This document shows, one piece after another, positions 30,121-39,328 of a stretch of 64,000 nucleotides of DNA. The position numbers were made by a program, and so were the translations under genes. The notes below the pieces were generated by a model that had not been told where the DNA came from, searched no databases, and saw only the letters and a list, made by a program, of their open reading frames with translations. The stretch spans positions 156,094 to 220,093 of the forward strand of contig JAFDZT010000004.1 in NCBI GenBank assembly GCA_018266735.1. The letters run 5' to 3'. Positions within the stretch are counted from its first letter, which is position 1. Each line of letters opens with the position of its first letter. This DNA comes from Bacteroidota bacterium (GTDB lineage Bacteria > Bacteroidota > Ignavibacteria > Kapaibacteriales > Kapaibacteriaceae).

Positions 30121-31056
30121 ATGAACGAACAAGAACAACAGTCGGGCACGCCGTCGGAAGGTGGCGAGGATCAAGGTGCGGGCAAGAAGCGTCGTCGACG
30201 TCGCCGCCGCAGTCGCCGTCCGGGCGAGGATGGACCGCAAGGTTCTGAGCAGCGTGTCGAGGGCGAAACGTCAGACGATCAAGGCGATGACGACGATTCG
30301 GACGATGAGGGCGGTGCGCCTTCCTCCGATGGCAATGGTCAGGCAGCACCCGGAGATGATGTTCGCAAAAAGAAGCGCCGCAAGAAGAAGAAGCGTCCGG
30401 AAGGACAGCCTGCTTCCGCCGACGGCCAACCGAGTACCGAACAGCAACCACGTGAGCAACGCGAACCGCGTGAACCGCGTGAACAGCGTCAGCCCCGCGA
30501 GCAGCGTCAACCCCGTGAACAACAGCAACGTCGTTCCGATGGGAACCGTCCGCAACAAGGCGCAAAGCCCGAAGCCGACAAGCCCGCACGCCCTTCCCGT
30601 GGCTCCGTGCTCGCACGTCGTGCACAACGACTCGACATGGGCGTGCATAAGGATGACGTCGAAGAGCAGGTAATACCGGCCGGACCGGTGATCAACACCT
30701 CGAGCGTGGACGCCTACGTGAACAGTCACCGCGGCTGGCAGCGGGAAGTGTTGATGAAGCTGCGAGACATGATCCGCGCATGCGCCGCAGAGGCCACCGA
30801 GAACATCAGCTGGTCACAGCCGGTGTTCGATCTGAACGGACCGATGTGCTATCTGAAGGCATTCACCGACCATGTGAACTTCGGCTTCTGGCGCGGAACC
30901 GAGCTGGACGACCCGGAAGGACTCCTCGTGGGAGACCTCACGAAGATGCGCCACGTGAAGATCTCCTCGGTGAACGACGTGAAGCGCGATCGCTTCGAAG
31001 CCTTCATCCGCCAAGCCGCCAAGCTCAATCGTGAAAAGGGCGATCCTACAGCGTAG
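30121..31056 (+). CDS. DUF1801 (YdhG-like) domain protein with a ~170-aa highly charged intrinsically disordered N-terminal extension
   Basis: The C-terminal ~130 aa are DUF1801-like (VNSHRGWQREVLMKLRDMIR...HVNFGFW). The N-terminus contains KKRRRRRRRSRR and RKKKRRKKKKR runs, polyacidic stretches and REPREQRQPREQ tandem repeats. Clear codon periodicity shows it is coding. Confidence 0.55.
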   Translation: MNEQEQQSGTPSEGGEDQGAGKKRRRRRRRSRRPGEDGPQGSEQRVEGETSDDQGDDDDSDDEGGAPSSDGNGQAAPGDDVRKKKRRKKKKRPEGQPASADGQPSTEQQPREQREPREPREQRQPREQRQPREQQQRRSDGNRPQQGAKPEADKPARPSRGSVLARRAQRLDMGVHKDDVEEQVIPAGPVINTSSVDAYVNSHRGWQREVLMKLRDMIRACAAEATENISWSQPVFDLNGPMCYLKAFTDHVNFGFWRGTELDDPEGLLVGDLTKMRHVKISSVNDVKRDRFEAFIRQAAKLNREKGDPTA

Positions 31057-32221
31057 CAATGAACGTTCGTTTGTCGGCAAAGGCCTCCGAACGATACAAC
31101 GACTCTAACAACGTGGTGCCGATCACATAGTGGTTGGCACCACTCTTGTATTCGACCTCGACGTCGCTGAATGGAACACTCGACACAACGTCTGCAGAAT
31201 GCGACCGCACATAGGCCCGCACCGGCACACGCGTGGTGAGCGACGGAGCCGTCCCCTGCTCGATCTTCTTGTACTCGTACTTGTAGGCATACCGCAACGC
31301 TGCCAGATCGCTCAACACCGCCGATGCCGTCGGATGTCCGCCCGCCCCTTTGCCCACAAAGAACTGTGCATCGCTGAATGCACCATGTAACAACACGGCA
31401 TTGTACTCATTGCGGACGGTGGCGAGAGGGTCTTGATAGGGCACAAAGGCGGGAAGGACGTACGACGTGAGGTGTCCGTCACGAATGCGACTCTGCGAGA
31501 GCAACTTGATGGTGTGTCCATGCGCCTTTGCCGTCACCGCATCGAAGGAAGAGACAGCCGTGATGCCGCGACGGATCACATCGCCCGGACGGAGCACCGT
31601 GCCAAAGGCATGGGCTCCCATGATCAGTGTCTTGAAGGCCGCATCATATCCTTCCACATCCAGTGTCGGATCACTCTCGGCAAAGCCAAGCTGTTGTGCT
31701 TCACGCAACACGTCGTCGTATGACGCCGTCGTTTCCGTGAGCTTTGTCAGGATGTAGTTCGTCGTTCCGTTGACGATACCCTGCACGCCATCGAGCATGT
31801 CGTTGTCGTAGTACTCTTCGAGATTCCGAATGATCGGAATGCTCCCGCAACTGGACGCTTCGTACAGCACGGGACGCCCGGTGGCCTGCTGAAGCTCAAG
31901 CAGCTCGGCAAAGTTGCTGGCCACCATCTTCTTGTTCGCTGTCACCACGGCTTTGCCATTGAGCAACGCGCTTTTCACGATGGTAAAGGCCGCATCGGCA
32001 TCATCGATGAGCTCCACCACCACATCCACTTTCGGGTCTTCGAGGATATCGTTCTGTTCGAACGTGAACATCCCTGCACCGAGTGGCCGGAGTTTGTTGC
32101 GGTCTTTCACGCAGATCCGCGTGATCTCTGTTTGCAGTCCTTTCGTTCGATGTAGTACGTCCCACAGCCCTTGCCCCACACAGCCAAAGCCGAAGAGACC
32201 AATGTTCAATGTTGTTGCCAT
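31046..32221 (-). CDS. hom: Homoserine dehydrogenase
   Basis: N-terminal NAD(P) fold IGLFGFGCVGQG, with a central catalytic domain and a C-terminal ACT-like domain; 391 aa. Confidence 0.85.
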   Translation of the reverse strand: MATTLNIGLFGFGCVGQGLWDVLHRTKGLQTEITRICVKDRNKLRPLGAGMFTFEQNDILEDPKVDVVVELIDDADAAFTIVKSALLNGKAVVTANKKMVASNFAELLELQQATGRPVLYEASSCGSIPIIRNLEEYYDNDMLDGVQGIVNGTTNYILTKLTETTASYDDVLREAQQLGFAESDPTLDVEGYDAAFKTLIMGAHAFGTVLRPGDVIRRGITAVSSFDAVTAKAHGHTIKLLSQSRIRDGHLTSYVLPAFVPYQDPLATVRNEYNAVLLHGAFSDAQFFVGKGAGGHPTASAVLSDLAALRYAYKYEYKKIEQGTAPSLTTRVPVRAYVRSHSADVVSSVPFSDVEVEYKSGANHYVIGTTLLESLYRSEAFADKRTFIATL

Positions 32222-32222
32222 G

Positions 32223-33260
32223 TTACCTCAAAATGGATTCGTTGTGAATGATCGTTGCGAGTTGACGTTGGTCCAGGAGAAAAGCATCATGTCCGGCGAG
32301 TGAGCGCATGCGCCGGTAGCGGGCACGCGGGATCATGTCGGCAATGAAGTGTTGCTCATGCTCGGGGAACAACAGATCCGTATCGATGCCAATGGAAAGC
32401 GTGCGCGCCGTGATGGACCGAAGAGCATTGCCTTGTCCATTTCTTCCGCGACCGACATCATGGCTATCCATGGCGCGCGACAGTGTCCAGTACGAGTGTG
32501 CACTGAATCGGTCGGCGAGCTTCTTGCCCTGATACCGTTGATACGACTCTGCACTGAAGTCAGCGAGTCGTTCATTGTCGTCGGTCTGCCGCGCATTGTA
32601 GAGTTGCGACGTGCGATACGAGATCATCCCGATGGCACGCGCTGCTGCCAGACCTTTCTGCCCTGCCTCATTCCCTGTTGATCCAAAGGTGGGATCGGCC
32701 TCGATGGCCATGCGCTGTGCGGCATTGAAGGCAATGCCCCATGCCGAGTGCTTGGCATTGGTCGCAATGGGAATGATGGTGGCGATGCGGTCCGGTTCCA
32801 TGAGCGCCCACTCCAAGACCTGTTGTCCACCCATCGATCCACCAAGCAGACAGGCAATGCGATCGATGCCGAGCGCTGTACGAAGGGCAATGTGGGCCTT
32901 CACCATATCGCGAATGGTGATGAGGGGAAAGTCCGGACCATTCGGTCCGGTGGTACCATAGCACGAGCCCAACATGTTGGCGCAGACGATGTAATGCCTG
33001 CGTGGATCGAAGAGGCGCCCCTCGCCGATCAGGCCGTCCCACCATGTGGCGGCATCGCTGTTGCCGGTGAGCGCATGACAGATCCACACGACGTTATCGG
33101 CATGTGTATTCAACGATCCCCACGTGTGATAGCCAATCGTGAGTGATGGTAGCGATGCTCCGCATTCGAGCGCGAAGGGCGCGTCGAGCGTACGTGTGTT
33201 GAAGTTGGAGGTTGATGTCATGAGATGAATCCGAGATCGGTCAAAACGAAAAAACGCCAT
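32223..33260 (-). CDS. metX: Homoserine O-acetyltransferase (alpha/beta hydrolase)
   Basis: Conserved throughout (LGGSMGG nucleophile elbow; typical MetX N-terminus ...FALECGASLPSLTIGYHTWG). It is co-oriented with hom. Confidence 0.85.
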   Translation of the reverse strand: MAFFRFDRSRIHLMTSTSNFNTRTLDAPFALECGASLPSLTIGYHTWGSLNTHADNVVWICHALTGNSDAATWWDGLIGEGRLFDPRRHYIVCANMLGSCYGTTGPNGPDFPLITIRDMVKAHIALRTALGIDRIACLLGGSMGGQQVLEWALMEPDRIATIIPIATNAKHSAWGIAFNAAQRMAIEADPTFGSTGNEAGQKGLAAARAIGMISYRTSQLYNARQTDDNERLADFSAESYQRYQGKKLADRFSAHSYWTLSRAMDSHDVGRGRNGQGNALRSITARTLSIGIDTDLLFPEHEQHFIADMIPRARYRRMRSLAGHDAFLLDQRQLATIIHNESILR

Positions 33261-33503
33261 TCCCTTGGGAGAGAATGGCGTTTGCAGCTGCGTTCGGTCG
33301 CTTGTTCGTTAGTCGCGTTCGCTCCGGCCATTCTCACGGTGATGCATGCACATGCACATGCTCATAGCGCAGCACATCATGCCGGACATCATCGTGGGGG
33401 CCATATGGGAACGGTTCAACGTCATCGAGGATGCGAAGATAGGAAAATGCTTCTCAACGCAATGCATCTTCAAGTGCCGTGCGTGCATCGGTGCGCTCAT
33501 CAC
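33252..33503 (-). promoter_or_regulatory. metX leader: a Met/Cys-rich small ORF (33309..33503) followed by a terminator-like hairpin (33252-33283) whose 3' arm contains the metX AUG; candidate attenuator
   Basis: The minus-strand ORF ends ...MAPTMMSGMMCCAMSMCMCMHHRENGRSERD-TAA. 25 nt downstream is the stem aaacgccattc / gaatggcgttt followed by UUUUUUCGUUUU. See findings. Confidence 0.3.
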
Positions 33504-34296
33504 GATACTTCACAATGAGTGGTGTGCTCATGGAGAGTCCGTGCTCTTCACCGAATGGCGTTCGCACGGATCGCGCTCCTGCTACCACCACTGCGCCGGA
33601 CGGGATCTCGAGTGGCGCGTCGGCAGTGCTTCGCACAATGGTGCCATGCACAAGGTCGTAGACCGGAGTAGAGGCATTCAAGACCACGCCGCTCCCGAGC
33701 ACGGAACGCGAGCGTACCATCACACCTTCATACACACCGCAGTTACCACCGATCATCACATCGTCTTCAATGATCACGGGTCGTGCACCTGCAGGCTCAA
33801 GCACGCCACCGATCTGTGCTGCAGCGCTGATGTGCACGCGCTTGCCCACCTGCGCACACGTACCAACGAGTGCATGCGAATCGATCATCGTGCCCTCGTC
33901 CACATAGGCACCGATGTTCACGAACATCGGCGGCATGCAGATCACACCATGTGCGAGATAGGCACCGGTGCGGATCGTCGATCCGCCGGGAACGATGCGA
34001 ACGCCATCGTCGACGCTGACCTTCTTCGTTGGAAGCGTGTCCTTGTCGAAGAAGCGGAAGTTCTCATCTGTTGACATATCAGCGATACGTCCATGGCGGA
34101 ACAACAGGAGAATGCCCGTCTTCACCCACTGGTGCACGGTCCACGTCCCATCCTCCGCGCATGATGCTGCGCGGATCGCGCCCGTATTGAGCGCCTCCAC
34201 GAAGTCCGAGACGAACTCGGTCACTCCCTTTGCATAGTGCAATTCCTGCGTTGGAAGGGCGGCCAGAGCTGCGAGTCGTTGCTCGAGAGTGTTCAT
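33454..34296 (-). CDS. dapD: 2,3,4,5-tetrahydropyridine-2,6-dicarboxylate N-succinyltransferase
   Basis: A left-handed beta-helix hexapeptide region (NIGAYVDEGTMIDSHALVGTCAQVGKRVHIS...IGGVLEP) aligns closely with E. coli DapD. Confidence 0.85.
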   Translation of the reverse strand: MNTLEQRLAALAALPTQELHYAKGVTEFVSDFVEALNTGAIRAASCAEDGTWTVHQWVKTGILLLFRHGRIADMSTDENFRFFDKDTLPTKKVSVDDGVRIVPGGSTIRTGAYLAHGVICMPPMFVNIGAYVDEGTMIDSHALVGTCAQVGKRVHISAAAQIGGVLEPAGARPVIIEDDVMIGGNCGVYEGVMVRSRSVLGSGVVLNASTPVYDLVHGTIVRSTADAPLEIPSGAVVVAGARSVRTPFGEEHGLSMSTPLIVKYRDERTDARTALEDALR

Positions 34297-35192
34297 CGTT
34301 TTGCAAACGCATAGTTCAACATCTTATAGATAAGGCGGGCCGTGGTGAGATCGGGATGCGTGACGTTCTTCACGGGAGCGAGCTCGACCACATCGAAGCC
34401 GACGATCCGACGTCCACTCTTCACCAAGGCACGGAACACATCCAGCGTCTCGCTATACAGCAGGCCATCAGGCTCCGGCGTTCCCGTTGACGGCATGATC
34501 GACGGATCGAAACAGTCAACATCGAACGTCACATACACATCCTTTGCCAACGTGTCGATCACGGACCGTTGCCAATTCTTCCTATGCAGGCCACGTCGAA
34601 TGGCACTCGCATAGAACGTGTTGATCTTCTTGTCGCGAATGAAGCGAGCCTCTTCGATGCATTGTGCCCGAATGCCCACTTGCGTGATGCGCTTCGTGGG
34701 AAAGAACTCTGCAACGCGCGCCATGAAGGAGGCATGGGACCATGGAGACCCCTGATACTCGTCACGCAGATCGCTATGGGCATCGAAGTGCAGGATGCTC
34801 ATCTTGGGATACGATTTGAAGTGTGCCGCGATCGGTGCGGTAGAGATCGTGTGTTCACCACCGAGGGTGACGACGAACTTCTCCATCTCGATCAGGTCGT
34901 TCACCTGGTCCTGGATCAGATCGAGCGCAGGACGGTCCACCTTCTTCCCGAACTCGATCGGAGAGATGGTACAGATGCCCTTGTCGAAGCACAGTTCGCG
35001 ATCGAACTCATCGTCGTAGAATTCGACGTAGGCACTTGCATCGATGATGGCCTTCGGACCTTTCTTGGCCCCGCCCCCATAGCTTACCGTGTGTTCGTAT
35101 GGTGCGGAGATGATGGCAATGGACGAGTCTTCGATCGACGAGAATTCTTCGTCGATCGCAAGGAAATTCGAGGTGGGGTCAAGGATCTTCAT
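34293..35192 (-). CDS. Arginase/agmatinase/formiminoglutamase (ureohydrolase) family protein
   Basis: Mn-binding motifs are present (LHFDAHSDL, DVDCFDP, SGTPEPDGL). It overlaps the dapD start by 4 nt. Confidence 0.75.
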   Translation of the reverse strand: MKILDPTSNFLAIDEEFSSIEDSSIAIISAPYEHTVSYGGGAKKGPKAIIDASAYVEFYDDEFDRELCFDKGICTISPIEFGKKVDRPALDLIQDQVNDLIEMEKFVVTLGGEHTISTAPIAAHFKSYPKMSILHFDAHSDLRDEYQGSPWSHASFMARVAEFFPTKRITQVGIRAQCIEEARFIRDKKINTFYASAIRRGLHRKNWQRSVIDTLAKDVYVTFDVDCFDPSIMPSTGTPEPDGLLYSETLDVFRALVKSGRRIVGFDVVELAPVKNVTHPDLTTARLIYKMLNYAFAKR

Positions 35193-35229
35193 GTGCGAAG
35201 ATACGGGGCACTTTCATATATCTTTGGGT

Positions 35230-36534
35230 ATGAGTTCACTCCGCCGCCAACGAACGGGTTGGTACTTCTACGACTGGGCCAATAGTGCCTTCTCCACGAC
35301 GGTGGTCACCGTCTTTCTTGGACCGTACCTTGCAAGCGTGGCCAAGCATGCAGCTGGCGCCGATGGGAACATCCATCCCTTTGGCTTCTCGATCGACCCG
35401 GGATCGTGGTTCCCCTTCATGGTGTCGTTCAGTGTTCTCCTCCAGGTCTTCGTTCTCCCGATGGTGGGAGCGATCGCCGACAGGTCCACGAACAAACGCT
35501 CCATCCTTGGTGTGCTCGCCTATGGCGGTGCGATCTCGACAACGTTGTTGTTCTTCCTACGCGTGGACACGGGCAACTACCTCTTTGGCGGGTTCTTCTT
35601 CGTGCTCGCCAACGTGCTCTTCGGCGCATCGGTGGTGGTGTACAATTCCTTCCTGCCCGAGCTCAGCTCCGAGGCAGATCGCGATAAGGTCTCGTCGCGC
35701 GGATGGGCCGTCGGCTATCTTGGAGGCGGACTCTTGTTGTTGATGAATCTACTCTACTACAAGGCTTCGAACGATGGCATCGACGGACTGTCGAGCACCG
35801 AACAACTGGCCATTCGCACCATTCTTGCCAGTGCCGGCATCTGGTGGGCAACGTTCACGATCATTCCGCTCGTCGCCCTTCGGTCGTTACGATCGCAGCA
35901 TTTCGTAGAAGGACATGCAGGGCATGAAGGCGGCATGGGAGCTGCGTTCAAGCAGTTGTGGCGCACACTCCAGCATATGCTCGGGTACCGACAGACGTTG
36001 ATCTTCCTGTGTGCCTATCTCTTGTACAACGATGCAGTGCAGACGGTGTTGACGATGGCGTCGGTGTATGGCCAGGAAGAGTTGCACCTCGGACTCGACA
36101 CGTTGACGACGGCCATTCTCATGGTGCAGTTCGTTGCCATTCCCGGCTCCATTCTCTTCGAGCGATTGGCCTCGCGCATCGGCACACGCAATGCCATCAT
36201 GACGGCCTTGGTCTGCTGGACCCTGGTACTTGTGATCACGTATGCATGGGTGAGCACCGAAGCGCACTTCTACATCCTTGCCGCCCTCATCGCCATCGTG
36301 ATGGGAGGAACGCAGGCACTCAGTCGCTCGTATTTCTCGCGGATGATCCCAGACGGGAAAGAGGCAGAGTACTTCTCGCTGTACGAGATCAGCGATAAGG
36401 GGACGAGTTGGATCGGTCCGCTGGCCTTTGGCGTTGCACTCGACCTGACGCACAGTTATCGCACGGCCATTCTCTCACTGATCGTGTTCTTCCTGGCAGG
36501 AATGGTTCTGCTCGTGCGAGTCAAACGCCGGTAA
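35230..36534 (+). CDS. MFS transporter, UMF1 family
   Basis: Start MSSLRRQRTGWYFYDWANSAF (UMF1 signature WYxYDWANSAF); 12 predicted TM segments. Confidence 0.75.
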   Translation: MSSLRRQRTGWYFYDWANSAFSTTVVTVFLGPYLASVAKHAAGADGNIHPFGFSIDPGSWFPFMVSFSVLLQVFVLPMVGAIADRSTNKRSILGVLAYGGAISTTLLFFLRVDTGNYLFGGFFFVLANVLFGASVVVYNSFLPELSSEADRDKVSSRGWAVGYLGGGLLLLMNLLYYKASNDGIDGLSSTEQLAIRTILASAGIWWATFTIIPLVALRSLRSQHFVEGHAGHEGGMGAAFKQLWRTLQHMLGYRQTLIFLCAYLLYNDAVQTVLTMASVYGQEELHLGLDTLTTAILMVQFVAIPGSILFERLASRIGTRNAIMTALVCWTLVLVITYAWVSTEAHFYILAALIAIVMGGTQALSRSYFSRMIPDGKEAEYFSLYEISDKGTSWIGPLAFGVALDLTHSYRTAILSLIVFFLAGMVLLVRVKRR

Positions 36535-36542
36535 AAAAAGAA

Positions 36543-36573
36543 CCGGATCGACCTCATACAGTTCGATCCGGTC
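36543..36573 (-). terminator. Rho-independent terminator candidate downstream of ftsZ (possibly bidirectional)
   Basis: Stem accggatcga(36543-36552) / tcgatccggt(36564-36573); an A7 tract precedes it on the plus strand, which is a U7 tract after it on the minus strand. Confidence 0.45.
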
Positions 36574-36649
36574 CGGAACGCCCCGGCGACCCTACCAAAA
36601 GCCCCGGGTACGCGTACGCGATGACGCGCACATCAATCTACTGAAATTG

Positions 36650-37999
36650 TCAATCCATGATCTTTCGCAAGAAGGCAGGCTTTTCGCCTCCAGAGGCGGA
36701 CTTCATGCCGGACGATGGTGGCACCACCGGTGGCATGTTGGAGATCGGGATACCGCCATTGGACTGGGGTGCTGCTCCGGTCCCTTGCTGTTGCTGTTGT
36801 TGCGCCCGACGGACATAGGCCGGCACGTCGTAGGTCTGCAGCGAATCGGCGCCTCGTGGAGCCTCTTGCGCGGTGCGGACGACGGTGATGGCCGGTCCTG
36901 CCTCGGTCTGCAACTGATAGGTCTCGGGCTCCGGCTGCGGCTGTGGTTGCTCGGCGCGAGGCTGCTCGACCGGACGTACGGAACGCACATCGTTGATCGT
37001 GATCTTCTCTGCCTGCTTCACCACTTCCTCGCGACGGAATCCGGTGGCCACCACGGTGATGGCGATCTCGTCTTCCATGCGTTCGTCGATGACGACGCCG
37101 TGGATCAGATTCACATCGTCCCCCGCCGCCTTCTCGATATAGCTTACTGCCTCGCTCACTTCGTGCATCGTCATGCTGTTGCCGCCCGTGATGTTCACGA
37201 GCAGACCTTGCGATCCGTAGATGGACATGCCTTCGAGGATCGGTGAGTTCAGCGCGCTTGTTGCTGCTTCGATGGCACGATGTTCGCCACGTGCCATGCC
37301 GATGCCCATGAGTGCATCACCCATGTTGGCCATCACGGTACGCACGTCGGCAAAGTCGACGTTCACATAGCCAACGCCAGAAATGATATCGGCGATACCC
37401 TTCGTTGCATTGAAGAGAACGTTGTCGACCTTTGCGAGCGCTTCCATGAACGACACGTCCTTGTCGACGATCGACAGGATGCGTTGATTCGGGATCACGA
37501 TCAGAGCGTCGACATGTTCGCGCAATTCCTTGAGGCCATGTTCGGCGATCTGCATACGCTTCTTCGACTCGTAGGCGAAGGGCTTCGTGACGATGGCCAC
37601 CACCAGGGCGCCGATCTCGCGACCGACCTTGGCGATCACGGGTGCTGCTCCCGTGCCGGTTCCGCCGCCCATGCCTGCGGTGACGAAGACCATGTCGCTT
37701 CCGGCCAGTGCATCGCGCACATCGTCCATGCTCTCTTCCACGGCCTGACGACCGCGTTCAGGGTTGGCCCCTGCTCCGAGACCACGCGTGATGCTGGTGC
37801 CCAACTGGATCTTCACCGAGGCCGGATTGTTCATCAAGGCCTGATGATCGGTGTTCGCGGCAATGAACTCTACGCCTTCAAGTCCGCGCATGATCATGGT
37901 TCGCACGGCGTTGCCCCCGCCGCCGCCTACGCCAACAACGCGAATACGCGCGTCGTACGTTTGGTGCGTATCCAACTCAATCGCCATGGTTCCCCCCAA
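36650..37999 (-). CDS. ftsZ: Cell division GTPase FtsZ
   Basis: Tubulin signature GGGTGTG, a T7 loop and N-terminal [11 protein letters not shown]; 449 aa. Confidence 0.92.
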   Translation of the reverse strand: MGGTMAIELDTHQTYDARIRVVGVGGGGGNAVRTMIMRGLEGVEFIAANTDHQALMNNPASVKIQLGTSITRGLGAGANPERGRQAVEESMDDVRDALAGSDMVFVTAGMGGGTGTGAAPVIAKVGREIGALVVAIVTKPFAYESKKRMQIAEHGLKELREHVDALIVIPNQRILSIVDKDVSFMEALAKVDNVLFNATKGIADIISGVGYVNVDFADVRTVMANMGDALMGIGMARGEHRAIEAATSALNSPILEGMSIYGSQGLLVNITGGNSMTMHEVSEAVSYIEKAAGDDVNLIHGVVIDERMEDEIAITVVATGFRREEVVKQAEKITINDVRSVRPVEQPRAEQPQPQPEPETYQLQTEAGPAITVVRTAQEAPRGADSLQTYDVPAYVRRAQQQQQQGTGAAPQSNGGIPISNMPPVVPPSSGMKSASGGEKPAFLRKIMD

Positions 38000-38020
38000 G
38001 GAAATCTGAGTACAAGTTTG

Positions 38021-39322
38021 TCACAATTCGTCCAACCAAGTTTTGACCTTCGACAACAAGCCCTGTTTGATGCCGTTCGAGGGCTGCACCTCTACCGGCA
38101 TGGACTCTTGTTCATCGGTCGTTGTAGTGTTCTGTTGTAGTGTGGCATCAGCTCGATGCGATGCCACCATTTGTTGTACGGCGAAATGGATCAGACCCAC
38201 GGCAGTTGCATACATGGGGTTCTGAACTTCGGGCGCGAAGCCGTTGACGCTGAAGCCGGCGGGGATGCCGATCTTCACCGGCATGTTGAACACTCGCTGC
38301 GCGAGTTCATCGGCTCCGCGCAAGAGCGAGCAGCCACCGGTGATCACAATGCCCGCATTGAGCTTGTGCGCAAGTCCTGACTTCATCACTTCGTGCAGTG
38401 CGAATTCGAACATCTCTTCCATGCGCGGTTCGATGATCTGACAGAGCAGGCTCTTCGTGACCTCGGTCGGACGACGTCCGCCAACACCCGGTACCTGGAA
38501 CATCTCGTCGCGAATGATACTGTCGGCAATGGTATGTCCGTACTCCACCTTGATCCGCTCCGCCTCGATATTGCGAATGGCGAGGACCTCGGCGATATCA
38601 TCGGTGACCTTGTTGCCGGCGATGGCAAAGATGTTCGTGAACCGAATGATGTTGTCTTTGAACACAGCGATGTCGGTGGTACCACCACCAATGTCGATGA
38701 GTGCAACACCCAGTTCACGTTCTGCATCGTCGAGTACGGCATAGGCCGAGGCCAATGGCTGCAGCACGACGCTCTCCACTTCGAGTCCGGCGCGTGTTGC
38801 ACAACGATGCATGTTCTCGATGGCCGTGAGCGATCCCGTGATCACGAGCACGTCCGCCTCGAGGCGAATGCCGCTCATCCCTACCGGGTCCGTGATGCCG
38901 TCTTGTCCGTCGATGCTATAGTCCTGCGGGATCACATGCAGAATGGTGCGATCGTTGTCGATCTTCACCAAGCGTGCGTTCTCGAGCAGTCGTGTCACGT
39001 CGGTCTCGGTGATCTCGTGCGCCGGTGACGATACGCTCACCATGGCCCGCGTCGTGAAGGTCTGGATGTGATCTCCGGCGATGCCGATGAGCACGCGTTT
39101 GATGCGAACGCCTGCCTGTTGTTCGGCCATGGCCACGGCGGTCTTGATCGCATCGACGGTCTTGGGAATGTTCGTCACGACGCCGCGCTTGAGTCCTTCG
39201 CTCTCGGCCAGTCCCTTCCCGATGATGTCGATACGACGACCACTCGGATCGGCAGAGGCAACAACGGCGCACACCTTGGTCGTGCCAATGTCGAGTCCAA
39301 CGTAGATGGTGTTCGGGATCAT
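38021..39322 (-). CDS. ftsA: Cell division protein FtsA
   Basis: Actin-like ATPase (IYVGLDIGTTKVCAVVA; DIGGGTTD). It lies immediately upstream of ftsZ. Confidence 0.9.
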   Translation of the reverse strand: MIPNTIYVGLDIGTTKVCAVVASADPSGRRIDIIGKGLAESEGLKRGVVTNIPKTVDAIKTAVAMAEQQAGVRIKRVLIGIAGDHIQTFTTRAMVSVSSPAHEITETDVTRLLENARLVKIDNDRTILHVIPQDYSIDGQDGITDPVGMSGIRLEADVLVITGSLTAIENMHRCATRAGLEVESVVLQPLASAYAVLDDAERELGVALIDIGGGTTDIAVFKDNIIRFTNIFAIAGNKVTDDIAEVLAIRNIEAERIKVEYGHTIADSIIRDEMFQVPGVGGRRPTEVTKSLLCQIIEPRMEEMFEFALHEVMKSGLAHKLNAGIVITGGCSLLRGADELAQRVFNMPVKIGIPAGFSVNGFAPEVQNPMYATAVGLIHFAVQQMVASHRADATLQQNTTTTDEQESMPVEVQPSNGIKQGLLSKVKTWLDEL

Positions 39323-39328
39323 GGTGCC

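Noticed and set aside
29591-30625. Listed 344-aa ORF as a single gene
   Set aside because: Only the C-terminal 138 aa carry the 4HBT thioesterase signature. The N-terminal 200 aa are Arg/His/Pro-rich and antisense to the 30121..31056 coding region.
30121-30633. Idea that the charged region upstream of the DUF1801 domain is untranslated leader
   Set aside because: Strong third-position GC periodicity and the absence of stops over 510 nt argue it is coding. I kept this as an alternative in the findings because an internal Met near 30634 exists.
33284-33453. SAM-I (S-box) riboswitch upstream of metX
   Set aside because: I could not find the conserved S-box core elements (GAGGGA...GGUGC-AAUUCC...AGAGAUGA-like blocks) by eye in the leader. 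The leader is reported instead as an uncharacterised attenuator candidate. A covariance-model scan is still needed to exclude SAM-II/other classes.
33225-33518. Plus-strand 97-aa His-rich ORF (VMHAHAHAHSAAHHAGHH) opposite the metX leader
   Set aside because: It is the mirror image of the same CATGCA tandem motif on the non-metX strand. There is no expression context, so I regard it as the less likely reading.
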